The translations under genes were made by a program, and so were the position numbers. A stretch of DNA of 64,000 nt from Chloroflexota bacterium (GTDB taxonomy: Bacteria > Chloroflexota > Dehalococcoidia > Lucifugimonadales > UBA3495): positions 1 through 64,000 of the forward strand of contig JAQBVF010000004.1 of NCBI GenBank assembly GCA_027623675.1, given 5' to 3'. Every line of letters starts with the position of its first letter. The first letter of the stretch is position 1. The notes under the pieces are model-generated. The model was not told where the DNA came from. It worked only from the letters and a program-made list of their open reading frames with translations, and did not search any database. Positions 1-9,974 of this stretch are shown here, one piece after another.

Positions 1-108
1 TTTTTCCTCCATGAGTCATCCTCCCCACCCCTAAGATGACTCTTATCCTACCATCGCCACCTAGCCTCCATTCAGATGCGATTGCCCTGACTGGGTGCAT
101 GGTTCGTC

Positions 109-138
109 TTGACTGGTGAATCCGGCCCTTGGTACACT
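109..138 (+). promoter_or_regulatory. sigma70-type promoter for tRNA-Val/rplS
   Basis: TTGACT (109-114), N18, TACACT (133-138), about 10 nt upstream of the tRNA. Confidence 0.6.
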
Positions 139-148
139 GCGTGAGTGC

Positions 149-225
149 GGGCGGTTAGCTCAGTTGGTTAGAGTACTTGCTCGACACGCAAGAGGTCAGT
201 GGTTCGAGTCCACTACCGCCCACCA
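149..225 (+). tRNA. tRNA-Val(GAC)
   Basis: Acceptor stem GGGCGGT/ACCGCCC, D-arm TAGCTCAGTTGGTTAGAG, anticodon stem CTTGC/GCAAG around loop TCGACAC, T-loop GGTTCGAGTCC, encoded CCA. Confidence 0.95.
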
Positions 226-371
226 TAAAGGCGTGGCAGCACGCGCCAAAGGGCATCCGCACACGGACCTCCAGGCACACCTTGACCAGTCCCAAAGATA
301 CGGCGGCGGCGACCTGTGACATCGGACACTGGAGCTAGCCCGGTATTGAATCTGCGAGTTAGTGAGACAGG

Positions 372-950
372 ATGGAAGCCGCCCAACTATTTAAGACAAC
401 AGCCAATCCCAGGATTCCCAGGTTCAGCCCCGGCGACACCGTGCAGGTCAACTTCCGGATTCGGGAAGGAGAGCGCGAACGGATTCAGGCCTTCCAGGGC
501 GTGGTTATTCGCCTGATGAACGGCAAGGGCCCCGCCGCCAACTTCACCGTACGGCGCATCACCGCCGGTATCGGCATCGAGCGTGTTTTCCCGCTGCATT
601 CGCCCTTGGTCGAGTCCCTTGAGGTAACCCGGTTCGGCTCGGTACGCCGCGCCAAGCTCTACTATCTGCGCGGGTTGCAGGGCAGGGCGGCCAGGATCAG
701 GGAGCTCAACCCCGTCCAACGCCGGCGTGCCCAAGAAGAGGCTGCCGCGGTGGCAGAGGCGTTGGCCGCGCAGGCGGCCGAGGCCAATGCGGAAGTCGAG
801 GAGTTGACCGTTGATGAGCCGGTAGAGGAACTGGAAGAACAGGCCACCGCCGAATCGGAACAGGACGAGCCGGCTGCTGAAACGGCCGTTGAGGAAGCGG
901 CGCCCGAAGAGCCAGACGGCCCACCGGCCGAAGAGGCGACCAAAGAGTAA
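372..950 (+). CDS. rplS: 50S ribosomal protein L19 with long acidic C-terminal extension
   Basis: Motifs [50 protein letters not shown]. Confidence 0.97.
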   Translation: MEAAQLFKTTANPRIPRFSPGDTVQVNFRIREGERERIQAFQGVVIRLMNGKGPAANFTVRRITAGIGIERVFPLHSPLVESLEVTRFGSVRRAKLYYLRGLQGRAARIRELNPVQRRRAQEEAAAVAEALAAQAAEANAEVEELTVDEPVEELEEQATAESEQDEPAAETAVEEAAPEEPDGPPAEEATKE

Positions 951-957
951 ACGAACT

Positions 958-992
958 GAAACGGCCCGCACTCAGCGGGCCGTTTCGGTTTT
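958..992 (+). terminator. Rho-independent terminator after rplS
   Basis: Hairpin GAAACGGCCCGC-actca-GCGGGCCGTTTC followed by GGTTTT. Confidence 0.7.
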
Positions 993-1092
993 GCCGAGGA
1001 TCTTTTTCAGGTTCCCACAAAGCTAAACGGACGAACGCCTTCCTGGTGGATAATCGCTGAAAGCTGATTGCTGATGGCTTTTTATGAATAGC

Positions 1093-3552
1093 ATGCGATA
1101 CGCGGAAGTGGCGGTGGACGCAGCGGTGGGCCATTCGCGGACGTTCTCCTATTCCATCCCGCCCCGGTTCACGGTGGAGCCAGGCCAGCTTGTCTGGGTG
1201 CCGTTCGGACGGCGCGTGCTTCAGGGCTTGGTCGTTGAATTGGTGGCCATGCCCAATGTTCCCGAGACCCGCGATATCCTACAGCCGGTGGAGCCATCGC
1301 CCTTGATCAGCCCCCACCATATCCAGTTGGGCCGCTGGATCAGCGCCCACTACCGTTGCTCCCTCTTCACCGCCTTCGCCCCTCTGCTGCCTCCGGGATT
1401 CGAAGCCCACGTCCGCTCGCGCGTCACCGCCGTCCCAGGTCGGGACCCGGCCAATGCCAACCTGAGACCGGAGTCGCTGGCAGCGCTGGCATCACTGCTG
1501 GGCAAGAAGACTGGGATGGAAGAAGCCGACTTCGCCAAGCTTCTGGGGGCGCACAGCGCCAGGGAGATGGCACGGTTGGTGGATCGAGGGTTGGTCCGCC
1601 GCCGCCTGACCATGCCCCGGCCCAGCGTGGCGCCCAAGTACGATGCCTTCTTGATCCCATCGTCACCACCGGAAGCAGAATCAGAAGACGATGAGGCGCC
1701 GGTCCTGCCGCCCCGCCAGGAAGGGCTGTTGGCGGCGGTCCGCGAGGAGCGGGCGCCCTATCCAGCCTCGCTGGCCAACAAGGAGTTCGGCAGCGGTGTT
1801 GCCCAGGCGCTATTCAGCAAGGGGTTGGTGGCCATGGAATGGGTCCGCGCCGACGCCGCAACCGTCGCCAGACCCGGGGCGGTTGAGGGCCGCGTGCAGC
1901 ACACCCTCACATCCCACCAATCACATGCCCTGGCCCAGATTCAAGAGGCGCTGGACGGCCCGGACGGAGATGCCAGGAGTTTCTTGCTCCACGGGATCAC
2001 CGGAAGCGGCAAGACCGAGGTCTATTTGCGCGCCATCGACCGCGTGGTGCGTGAAGGCCGGCAGGCCATATTCTTGGTGCCGGAGATCGCGTTGACCCCA
2101 CAGACCTTGGAGCGGGTGAACGCTTGGTTCCCGGGCCGCGTGGCAGTGATCCACAGCCGCTTGACGCCCCGCCAACAGTTTGACCAGTGGTGGGACATTC
2201 GAGAGGGCAAATATGACGTGGTTGTGGGGCCGCGCAGTTCGTTGTTCGCCCCGGTGGCCCATCTGGGCCTGATCGTGATCGACGAGGAACACGAGTGGAC
2301 GTACAAGCAGATCGAAACACACCCGCTTTACCACACCCGCGCCACCGCGCTGGAACTGGGCCGCATCTCCGGGTTCCCGGTGGTGATGGGCAGCGCCACG
2401 CCCGATGTGGAAACCTACCACGCCGCAACCAGGGGACGGCACACCCTGTTGGAGTTGCCGGAGCGGGTGAGCGCCGGACCGGACCGGGTGTCTCGTTTGG
2501 CCGAGGTCCAGGTCTGCGACATGCGCCGGGAACTTCGGGAAGGCAACCGGAGCATCTTCAGCCGGGCGCTGGCCGAGGGCCTAAAGAACTGCCTGGCTGG
2601 TGCTCATCAGGCGATCCTGTTCCTGAACAGAAGGGGCGCATCGTCCATCGTCCAGTGCCGGGACTGCGGCCACGTGGTCACCTGCCGAAGCTGCTCCATG
2701 TCGTTGACCTGCCACCTAGGGCCGGAAGTGTCCGGTGAATCGCGGCCTGCCCGAGCGCAATTGGTCTGCCACGGCTGCAACCGGCGCACCCGGATGCCGG
2801 CAATCTGCCCCGCCTGCCGTGGCGAGCACATCCGCCAGCTTGGCGCCGGAACGCAGCGGGTGGTGGAAGAGGTCAAGAAGATGTTCCCTCAGGCCAATGT
2901 CGACCGGCTGGACGCCGACGCAACACGCTCCGGCCAGGACATGGAGGACACCATCGCACGGCTGTCCAGTGGCGACACCCAGGTGCTGGTGGGCACCCAG
3001 ATGGTCGCCAAGGGCTTGGACATCCCCAACGTGACCTTAGTTGGAGTGGTGCTGGCCGACATCGGGCTTTATCTGCCCGACTTCCGTGCCGGGGAGCGGG
3101 CCTTTGGCCTGCTTTGCCAGGTGGCGGGCCGGGCGGGCCGGGGGGAGGACATCGGTCAGGTGATAGTCCAGACCTATAACCCGGACCACTATGCCATCAA
3201 GGCCGCCGCCGCCCAAGACTACCAGTCGCTTTACCGGTACGAGATCAATGCCCGGAGGGAGGTGGGCAGCCCGCCCTTTAACCAATTGGTCCACCTGGTA
3301 TTCCAGGACCGAAATGAGAGCCAAGCGGAACGGCAGGCTACGGAAACCGCGAGGACGTTGGCCTTGCGTGCCCAGGCGCAGGGTGTGACCGATGTGGACG
3401 TGGTGGGGCCAGCCCCAGGGGTTCCGTCGCGCGTCCGGGGCCGCTACCGCTGGCATCTGACCATTCGGGGTCAGGGGCTGCTGCGCTTCATCGAGGGTAT
3501 GGAGTTCCCCCCTGGCTGCACCGTAGACGTGGACCCGGTGCATGTTTTGTAG
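1093..3552 (+). CDS. priA: Primosomal protein N' (replication restart helicase)
   Basis: HGITGSGKTE, LVPEIALTPQ, IDEEHE, SATP, four CxxC pairs, LVGTQMVAKGLD, QVAGRAGR; start 1084 or 1093. Confidence 0.96.
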   Translation: MRYAEVAVDAAVGHSRTFSYSIPPRFTVEPGQLVWVPFGRRVLQGLVVELVAMPNVPETRDILQPVEPSPLISPHHIQLGRWISAHYRCSLFTAFAPLLPPGFEAHVRSRVTAVPGRDPANANLRPESLAALASLLGKKTGMEEADFAKLLGAHSAREMARLVDRGLVRRRLTMPRPSVAPKYDAFLIPSSPPEAESEDDEAPVLPPRQEGLLAAVREERAPYPASLANKEFGSGVAQALFSKGLVAMEWVRADAATVARPGAVEGRVQHTLTSHQSHALAQIQEALDGPDGDARSFLLHGITGSGKTEVYLRAIDRVVREGRQAIFLVPEIALTPQTLERVNAWFPGRVAVIHSRLTPRQQFDQWWDIREGKYDVVVGPRSSLFAPVAHLGLIVIDEEHEWTYKQIETHPLYHTRATALELGRISGFPVVMGSATPDVETYHAATRGRHTLLELPERVSAGPDRVSRLAEVQVCDMRRELREGNRSIFSRALAEGLKNCLAGAHQAILFLNRRGASSIVQCRDCGHVVTCRSCSMSLTCHLGPEVSGESRPARAQLVCHGCNRRTRMPAICPACRGEHIRQLGAGTQRVVEEVKKMFPQANVDRLDADATRSGQDMEDTIARLSSGDTQVLVGTQMVAKGLDIPNVTLVGVVLADIGLYLPDFRAGERAFGLLCQVAGRAGRGEDIGQVIVQTYNPDHYAIKAAAAQDYQSLYRYEINARREVGSPPFNQLVHLVFQDRNESQAERQATETARTLALRAQAQGVTDVDVVGPAPGVPSRVRGRYRWHLTIRGQGLLRFIEGMEFPPGCTVDVDPVHVL

Positions 3553-3589
3553 CCCCGGGATTGAGTTAGTCGGAGTTGCCTATCATTCT

Positions 3590-3618
3590 TTGCACTCTTG
3601 TTAGGCGTTGAATATAAT
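3590..3618 (+). promoter_or_regulatory. sigma70-type promoter for def
   Basis: TTGCAC-N17-TATAAT. Confidence 0.7.
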
Positions 3619-3700
3619 ACTAACGACCTTAATCCAGAGAGACTTAAGCCCTTTTGCGGCCCACCGCAAACTGGACTACCACACCTGAGAGGTGCTTTTC

Positions 3701-4270
3701 GTGGCGATTCTCGACATGCGCATCTTGCCTGATCCCATCTTGCGGAAACAGGCTAAAAAAGTGGCCAAAGTCACTCCCCAGATCAAGAAACTGGTCGAGA
3801 ACATGGTGGACACCATGCGCGACCAGCATGGTGTGGGCCTGGCCGCCAATCAGGTTGGTTCACTGCAGAAAGTTGCGGTGATCGAGACGCCCGACATGGA
3901 GGAGCCGCTGGTGCTGATCAACCCCGAAGTTTTGAAAACCGACGGCGAGCGGCAGGTGGAAGAGGGTTGCTTGAGCGTGCCCGGTTACCGCGGTCTGGTC
4001 AACCGCTCTGAGACGGTGCGGGTCAAGGCTATGGGGTTGGACGGTAAGATATACCGTTTGAATGCCGATGAACTTCTGGCCCAGGCCCTGGAGCATGAGA
4101 TAGACCACCTGAACGGCATCCTGTATATCGACCACCTGGTATCCCACGAGAGCCTCTACAAGATCACCTACGAACACGATTACGAAGATGAAGACCACGA
4201 GCACGACGAAGACGATTCGGAAGATTCGGTCGAGTCGGTGACTGCCGAGGCTTCCGCCAGCGAGGACTAA
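3701..4270 (+). CDS. def: Peptide deformylase with acidic/His-containing tail
   Basis: GVGLAANQVG, EGCLSVPG, HEIDHLNG; GTG start after GAGAGG SD. Confidence 0.96.
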   Translation: MAILDMRILPDPILRKQAKKVAKVTPQIKKLVENMVDTMRDQHGVGLAANQVGSLQKVAVIETPDMEEPLVLINPEVLKTDGERQVEEGCLSVPGYRGLVNRSETVRVKAMGLDGKIYRLNADELLAQALEHEIDHLNGILYIDHLVSHESLYKITYEHDYEDEDHEHDEDDSEDSVESVTAEASASED

Positions 4271-4347
4271 GGCGTCTTTCGTTTCTTGGCCGCTGCCGTT
4301 ACGCGAGCCTAACCCCGCCCGATTTACGCCTCGTACATGCCCCTTTT

Positions 4348-5940
4348 ATGATCGAACAATTAGCCGCCCTCTGCGCCTCCCGCGGGACTGAAGCCTACCT
4401 CGTGGGCGGTTTTGTTCGCGATTGGCTGCTGCATTCCAAGCCTGGACACGACATCGATATCGCCGTCGCAGGCGAAGCCGAACCCACGGCTCAGGCGATC
4501 GCCCAGAGATTTGGCGGCACCGTTATCCACCTTAGTCCGGCCCACGGCGTTGTGCGGGTGGCGATCCCCCATGACTCAGCGGCGCGTTTAGAGGAATCGA
4601 CCGCGGACCTTGAACCGTCTTTGGGTGCCGGATACGCGGATTCGGGTGAGAGCGATGCGCCTTGGATCGTTGATCTGGAAGGCTTCAATGGGACGATAGA
4701 AGAAGACTTGGCCAGGCGGGACTTTTCGGTGAACGCCATGGCTGTCCCTCTGGCCGAATGGCCATCCTTGGAAGGGGTGATCGACCCACAGGGTGGCCGC
4801 GAAGACCTGACTAGAAAGACTATTCGCGCTCTGGGCCCGGCGGTTTTTCAAGACGATCCGGGGCGGTTGCTGCGGGCAATTCGCCTGGCCGGCCAGTTGG
4901 GTTTCCGGCTGGAGCCGGGCACCTCCAAGTTGATCGCCGCCAACGCCAAGCTGCTATCGAATGTGTCTCCGGAGCGGGTCCGGGAGGAGTTTCTCAACAT
5001 CCTTTCCCGGGACGGCGCCAAGGGCCAACTCGAGGTGATGGACCACTTTGGGCTTTTCGAGCTGGTGGTGCCGGAGCTGCAGACGGCCAAGGGTGTCGAC
5101 CAGCCCAACATGCATTATTGGGACGTGTGGGGCCATACGATGCACGCGGTGGAAGCGGCGGAGTTGGTGACCAAGGGACATCAAAACTCGCCCATCTTTA
5201 CCTACGTGCCATGGACGCCCGACAGCAAAGCCCACTTCGACCAGCAGGCCACCGACGGCCACACCCGGGGGACTTTGCTGAAACTGGCGGCCCTGTTCCA
5301 TGACATCGCCAAGCCCCAGACCAAGTCCCTAGACGCCACCGGAAGGACGCGCTTCTTCGGGCATTCGGAACAGGGAGCGGAGATAGCCTCCCGGCGGTTG
5401 GGCCAGCTACGACTGAGTTCCAGGGGCATCGAGATGGTGTCCAAGATGGTGGAACAACACCTTAGACCGACCAACATGAAAGACGGCGACGAATGGCCCA
5501 CCAACCGGGCCATTCACCGGTACTTTCGGGATGTTGGCGATGTGGCCATCGACACCTTATACCTATGCTTGGCCGATTATTTGGCGGCAAAAGGCCCCGC
5601 CCTGGTACATGAAGATTGGCGTAACCATGCTAGAATGGTCGCACATATCCTCCACGTAGGCACAAGTGAGCCGGTTTCCCCAGCGACAGCCCGCCTCATA
5701 ACCGGTCACGACCTCATGACTACGTTCGACCTCCAAGCGGGGCCAGAGATTGGCGCCGTGTTGGAGCGCGTCGAAGAGGCACGAGCCGCGGGAGAGATTG
5801 AGACCAAGGAGCAGGCCCTGGAAATGGCTGCAAACGCACTGAAATACCTGGCCGAAAAACTAGCGTCCGATCGACCGGCGGCTGAACGATTAGCGGCTGA
5901 AAAACCGGCGCCAGGCCAACGGCGCAGCGGATCGGACTAG
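4348..5940 (+). CDS. cca: CCA tRNA nucleotidyltransferase with HD domain
   Basis: YLVGGFVRD..DIDI, EDLARRDFSVNAMA, DDPGRLLRAIR, ALFHDIAKP. Confidence 0.88.
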   Translation: MIEQLAALCASRGTEAYLVGGFVRDWLLHSKPGHDIDIAVAGEAEPTAQAIAQRFGGTVIHLSPAHGVVRVAIPHDSAARLEESTADLEPSLGAGYADSGESDAPWIVDLEGFNGTIEEDLARRDFSVNAMAVPLAEWPSLEGVIDPQGGREDLTRKTIRALGPAVFQDDPGRLLRAIRLAGQLGFRLEPGTSKLIAANAKLLSNVSPERVREEFLNILSRDGAKGQLEVMDHFGLFELVVPELQTAKGVDQPNMHYWDVWGHTMHAVEAAELVTKGHQNSPIFTYVPWTPDSKAHFDQQATDGHTRGTLLKLAALFHDIAKPQTKSLDATGRTRFFGHSEQGAEIASRRLGQLRLSSRGIEMVSKMVEQHLRPTNMKDGDEWPTNRAIHRYFRDVGDVAIDTLYLCLADYLAAKGPALVHEDWRNHARMVAHILHVGTSEPVSPATARLITGHDLMTTFDLQAGPEIGAVLERVEEARAAGEIETKEQALEMAANALKYLAEKLASDRPAAERLAAEKPAPGQRRSGSD

Positions 5941-5943
5941 CCG

Positions 5944-7782
5944 ATGCGCTCACGCAGCATACGCCTCTCCATCACAATCATCTTGATCCTGGGCATCGCC
6001 ATCGCCGCGCTGGGATTCAAGACGATCAACATCGACATCCCGGGCTTTCCCCGGCTTGAACGTGACGCCACCGGTCCATTGGGCCTGAAGCTTGGCCTCG
6101 ACCTGCGCGGCGGCGGCCACCTGGTGTACCAGGCCGACACCGGCACCAGATTCGACGTCACGTTTGCCAACGAGATCGATGTATCCAACCTGGTCACCAC
6201 TTTGCAGGGGCTACGGTTCGGCGACAATGAAGCCCAACTGGAAGGGCTACAGGTCGGGCAGATCGGGGCGAACCGGTATCAGATACGCACCGGCATACTG
6301 TCGGAAGACGACCCACGGCGGACCGGCCTGAACGATGCCCTGTCTGAGTCCGTCGGCCCGATCTCGGAGTTTCAGGTTAGCGTGGTCGAGAAGCCGACGT
6401 TGGACCAGATGCAGGGTGTGTTGGACAACATCACCCGGCGCGTGAACCGGTTCGGCACCGAAGAGCCAATCATCCAGATATTCGGCGATGACCGAATCAT
6501 CGTTCAACTTCCGGGCGCCAGCGGATCGGTCACCTTGATCGGTCTCACCGAGCCTCCGGCTGACGTCGATGTGAGGGCCGCCCTGGGAAGAATCCTGGCG
6601 GATTCCGGGTTCGAGGATTTTGAACTCAGCCAGAACAACGACGGCACATACTCGGTGAAATCCAACACGGTGGATGGGGCGGCCCAATCCGCGGCGGTAG
6701 CCGCCATTACAGCGGAACTGGGGGGAGTCTCTCAGTTTCGGGTGAATAGCGGCATCGACGAGGCCAAGGCGCTGATCGGCCAGACGGCGCGGCTGGAATT
6801 CAAAGAGCGGACCTGCGACACGTCGGATTGCCTGAACTTTACCGACGCAGACCTGGGACTCAGCGGTGACGACCTGTCGCGGGCCGAGGCCAGCACCGAC
6901 CCCATCGGGATCGGCTGGGTGGTTAACCTGCAATTCAACAGCCGGGGATCGGAGATCTTCTCCGACCTGACCCGCCGCATATCGACCGAGGAAGCCCAAC
7001 CCACGAAGCGCATCGCCATCATCATGGACGACCAGCAGTTGATTGCTCCGGTGGCCCGCGCTTGGATACGTGACGGCCGTACCCAGATCAACGGCAACTT
7101 CACCAGGGAAGATGCGCGAACCCTGGCGATTCAGCTTGAGTCGGGCCGCCTACCTGTGCCGCTCCGGTTGATACAAGAGAGCGATGTGGACGCCCTTCTG
7201 GGGTCAGAGTCGCTGCAGAACAGCCTAATGGCCGGTCTGGTCGGCTTGGGCTTGGTTCTTATGTTCATGATTGCCTACTACCGCTTGGCGGGGGTGGTGG
7301 CGGCCTTCGCGTTGATCTTCTATGCCGTCATCGTTCTGTCCTTATTCAAGCTCATTCCCATCACGTTAGAGTTGGCCCATATCGGCGGGTTCATCCTCTC
7401 CATCGGTATGGCGGTTGACGCCAATATCCTGATATTTGAGCGTATGAAAGAAGAGGTGCGCATCGGTCGCACGCTGGCATCATCCATGGAAGTCGGGTTC
7501 AGCCGGGCTTGGCCCGCGATTCGGGACAGCAACATATCCACCATGATTACTTGTCTGGTGCTGCTCTGGTTCGGCGACCGGTTGGGTGGCGGCCTGGTGA
7601 CGGGCGTGGCCATCAGCCTGTTCATCGGCGTGGCCGTGAGCATGTTTACCGCCGTGGTGGTGAGCCGGAACCTGCTGCAGTTGATGGCCTGGATCGGTCT
7701 GAGCAAGCGGATCAACCTGTTCACCCCGGAGGCTTTGCAGCGAGGTAACCAAGCCGCCCAAGCCTCGGGAGGACGACGCTAG
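5944..7782 (+). CDS. secD: Protein translocase subunit SecD
   Basis: LGLDLRGG, IGMAVDANILIFERMKEE, AIRDSNISTMI; overlaps the secF start. Confidence 0.96.
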   Translation: MRSRSIRLSITIILILGIAIAALGFKTINIDIPGFPRLERDATGPLGLKLGLDLRGGGHLVYQADTGTRFDVTFANEIDVSNLVTTLQGLRFGDNEAQLEGLQVGQIGANRYQIRTGILSEDDPRRTGLNDALSESVGPISEFQVSVVEKPTLDQMQGVLDNITRRVNRFGTEEPIIQIFGDDRIIVQLPGASGSVTLIGLTEPPADVDVRAALGRILADSGFEDFELSQNNDGTYSVKSNTVDGAAQSAAVAAITAELGGVSQFRVNSGIDEAKALIGQTARLEFKERTCDTSDCLNFTDADLGLSGDDLSRAEASTDPIGIGWVVNLQFNSRGSEIFSDLTRRISTEEAQPTKRIAIIMDDQQLIAPVARAWIRDGRTQINGNFTREDARTLAIQLESGRLPVPLRLIQESDVDALLGSESLQNSLMAGLVGLGLVLMFMIAYYRLAGVVAAFALIFYAVIVLSLFKLIPITLELAHIGGFILSIGMAVDANILIFERMKEEVRIGRTLASSMEVGFSRAWPAIRDSNISTMITCLVLLWFGDRLGGGLVTGVAISLFIGVAVSMFTAVVVSRNLLQLMAWIGLSKRINLFTPEALQRGNQAAQASGGRR

Positions 7783-8765
7783 TGCTGGATGTTGTAGGGA
7801 AACGCGGCTGGTATTTCTTGATATCGGCGTTGATCATCGTGCCGGGGTTGGTTTCGTTGATCATGCCATCCGGCTGGGCGACTGGGGATTCTGGGTTGAA
7901 ACCCGGCATCGACTTCACCAGTGGTTCCGTGATGAACGTTACTTTCCGCCAGCCGGTGACGGAGGACGATATTCGGGAGCGCATGGATGAGAATGGACAC
8001 CCCGAGGCTCTGATTCAGAAGATCGGCGGTACCAACTTCTTCATCCGGACCGAGTTGTTGGAAGAGGCCATCGGCGGGGGGCTTTCCGAGCGCGAGGTGA
8101 TTGAGCGCGACCTGGAGAAATTCCTGGGCCTGGAGCGCGACCGGGTCGAGTTCGATTCAGTCTCTCCCATCGTGGCCCAAGAGACGGTGAAGACGGCCTT
8201 CTACGCCCTGGCCGCCGCGTCGGTCTTCATCATGTTCTACGTTTGGTACGCTTTCCGCCGGGTTCCCAAGGCGCACCGATACGGGGTGAGCGCCCTGTTG
8301 GCTTTGGCCCACGACCTTTTGGTGATTCTGGGTATATTCTCCATCCTGGGCAAGGTCATCAACATGGAAGTGAACTCCATGTTCATCGTGGGGTTGCTGA
8401 TCGTGGCCGGTTACAGCGTTAACGACACCATCGTGGTGTTCGATCGTATCCGCGAGAATGTGTCCCGTCACCCAGACCGAGACCTGGCGCCCATGGTAAA
8501 CCTGAGCATCTTGGAGACCATCGGGCGGTCGCTGAACACCAGTATCACGACTCTTGTAGTGCTCGTGGCCATGCTGCTGATTGGCGGCAACAGCATCCGC
8601 GAACTGCTCTTGGTTCTGGCCATCGGCACGGTGGCTGGCACATACAGTTCCATCTTCATCGCCAGCCAGTATCTGGTCATGTGGGACCGGGGCGAGATCG
8701 GCCGCTTCTTCAGGCGGGGTCCGGCTGCCGCCGCCTCATCGTTGCTGCATCTGATCGGACGTTAA
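7782..8765 (+). CDS. secF: Protein translocase subunit SecF
   Basis: GIDFTSGS, LAHD, GYSVNDTIVVFDRIRE, GTYSSIFIA. Confidence 0.96.
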   Translation: MLDVVGKRGWYFLISALIIVPGLVSLIMPSGWATGDSGLKPGIDFTSGSVMNVTFRQPVTEDDIRERMDENGHPEALIQKIGGTNFFIRTELLEEAIGGGLSEREVIERDLEKFLGLERDRVEFDSVSPIVAQETVKTAFYALAAASVFIMFYVWYAFRRVPKAHRYGVSALLALAHDLLVILGIFSILGKVINMEVNSMFIVGLLIVAGYSVNDTIVVFDRIRENVSRHPDRDLAPMVNLSILETIGRSLNTSITTLVVLVAMLLIGGNSIRELLLVLAIGTVAGTYSSIFIASQYLVMWDRGEIGRFFRRGPAAAASSLLHLIGR

Positions 8766-8786
8766 CGCGCGCGGGCGGCCAACCGG

Positions 8787-9848
8787 CTAGGCACGCCCGG
8801 CGGCGTTGGGCAGCAGGACGATCCGGCCAACGGGTTTGCGTTCCGATACCAGCCGGTAGGCGTCTGATACTTGTTCCAGGGGCAGCTCCAGGTCGATCAC
8901 GGGCCGCAGTTTGCCCTCGGCAACCATCCGGCCAGCCTGCTCCACCATCGCTCTGGACACACCCGACGCGCCAAATATCCTGGCGTCGCGAAAGATGACC
9001 TCCGCCGGGTTCAGGCTGACTCTCCGGCCCATCACCTCACCCAACAAGACCAACCGGCCGTACTGGGCCAGGCATCGCAACGTTGAGGGATATAGGGCCG
9101 ATCCAACCGTGTCAATCACCGCGTCGGCGCCTTCATCCCCGGTCATGGCCATCACCAACTCGTCGAAGCCCAAGCCGGTCTCTTCGGACCCGTTGTTGAT
9201 CAAGACCTCGTCCGCGCCCAGGCGGCGCAGCGCGTTCTCCTTCTCTGGCGACGACGATACGGCCAGTACCCGCGCTCCCAAGGCCGCCGCAGCTTGGACC
9301 GCGTGGGCGCCGAGTCCGCCGCTGGCGCCGGTGATCACCACCGCCTCTCCCGGCTGAACTAGAGCGGTTTCCTGGACCGCCTGAAGGGCAACGCCCATGG
9401 GGCAGGCCAGCAGTGCCGCTCCGATGGGGTCCACGCCCTCGGGAACCCTGACCAGACTGTGTTCGGAGAGCGCCACGTACTCGGCGAACCCGCCGTCCCG
9501 GCCGTGGCCGATTCCCAGCCCATTACGGCAGCGGTGCTCGTGGCCGGCGGCGCAGCGGTCACAGTTGCCGCAGGACTCGGTGAGGATGCTGACAACGCGG
9601 TCGCCGGCACGCAGGCTCGTGACGCCGCTTCCGATCGCTTCCACCAGGCCGGATATCTCGTGGCCCAGGACCACGTTGCCGGCAACCCCGCGCCGGAGCA
9701 GCCCGGCCATCACCGACCGGTCGTGGTGGCAGAACCCGCAGGCAGAAACCCGCACCAGCGCCTGATCGACCCGCGGAGATGGAACCGGGAGGTCGACCAT
9801 TTCCAGTTCTGGAGTCTCTCCGGTCTGTTTAAGTGAGACAGCTTTCAT
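8787..9848 (-). CDS. Zinc-dependent alcohol dehydrogenase (MDR family)
   Basis: CGFCHHD, GHEISG, structural Zn motif CGNCDRCAAGHEHRC, Rossmann GASGGLG. Confidence 0.9.
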   Translation of the reverse strand: MKAVSLKQTGETPELEMVDLPVPSPRVDQALVRVSACGFCHHDRSVMAGLLRRGVAGNVVLGHEISGLVEAIGSGVTSLRAGDRVVSILTESCGNCDRCAAGHEHRCRNGLGIGHGRDGGFAEYVALSEHSLVRVPEGVDPIGAALLACPMGVALQAVQETALVQPGEAVVITGASGGLGAHAVQAAAALGARVLAVSSSPEKENALRRLGADEVLINNGSEETGLGFDELVMAMTGDEGADAVIDTVGSALYPSTLRCLAQYGRLVLLGEVMGRRVSLNPAEVIFRDARIFGASGVSRAMVEQAGRMVAEGKLRPVIDLELPLEQVSDAYRLVSERKPVGRIVLLPNAAGRA

Positions 9849-9974
9849 ATGGGCCGATTATATTCCGGGGGACGTATACCGCCAAGGCGGCGCTGACTTA
9901 TAATTGGCGTTGCGGTTGCGAGGCCTTTAGGCTTGGGCCCGAAGCTAACAAGCACGGGAAACTTGGGGTAAAAG

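Noticed and set aside
149..371. tRNA-Val as an integration site
   Set aside because: It is followed directly by rplS; no integrase or duplicated tRNA 3' end was noticed.
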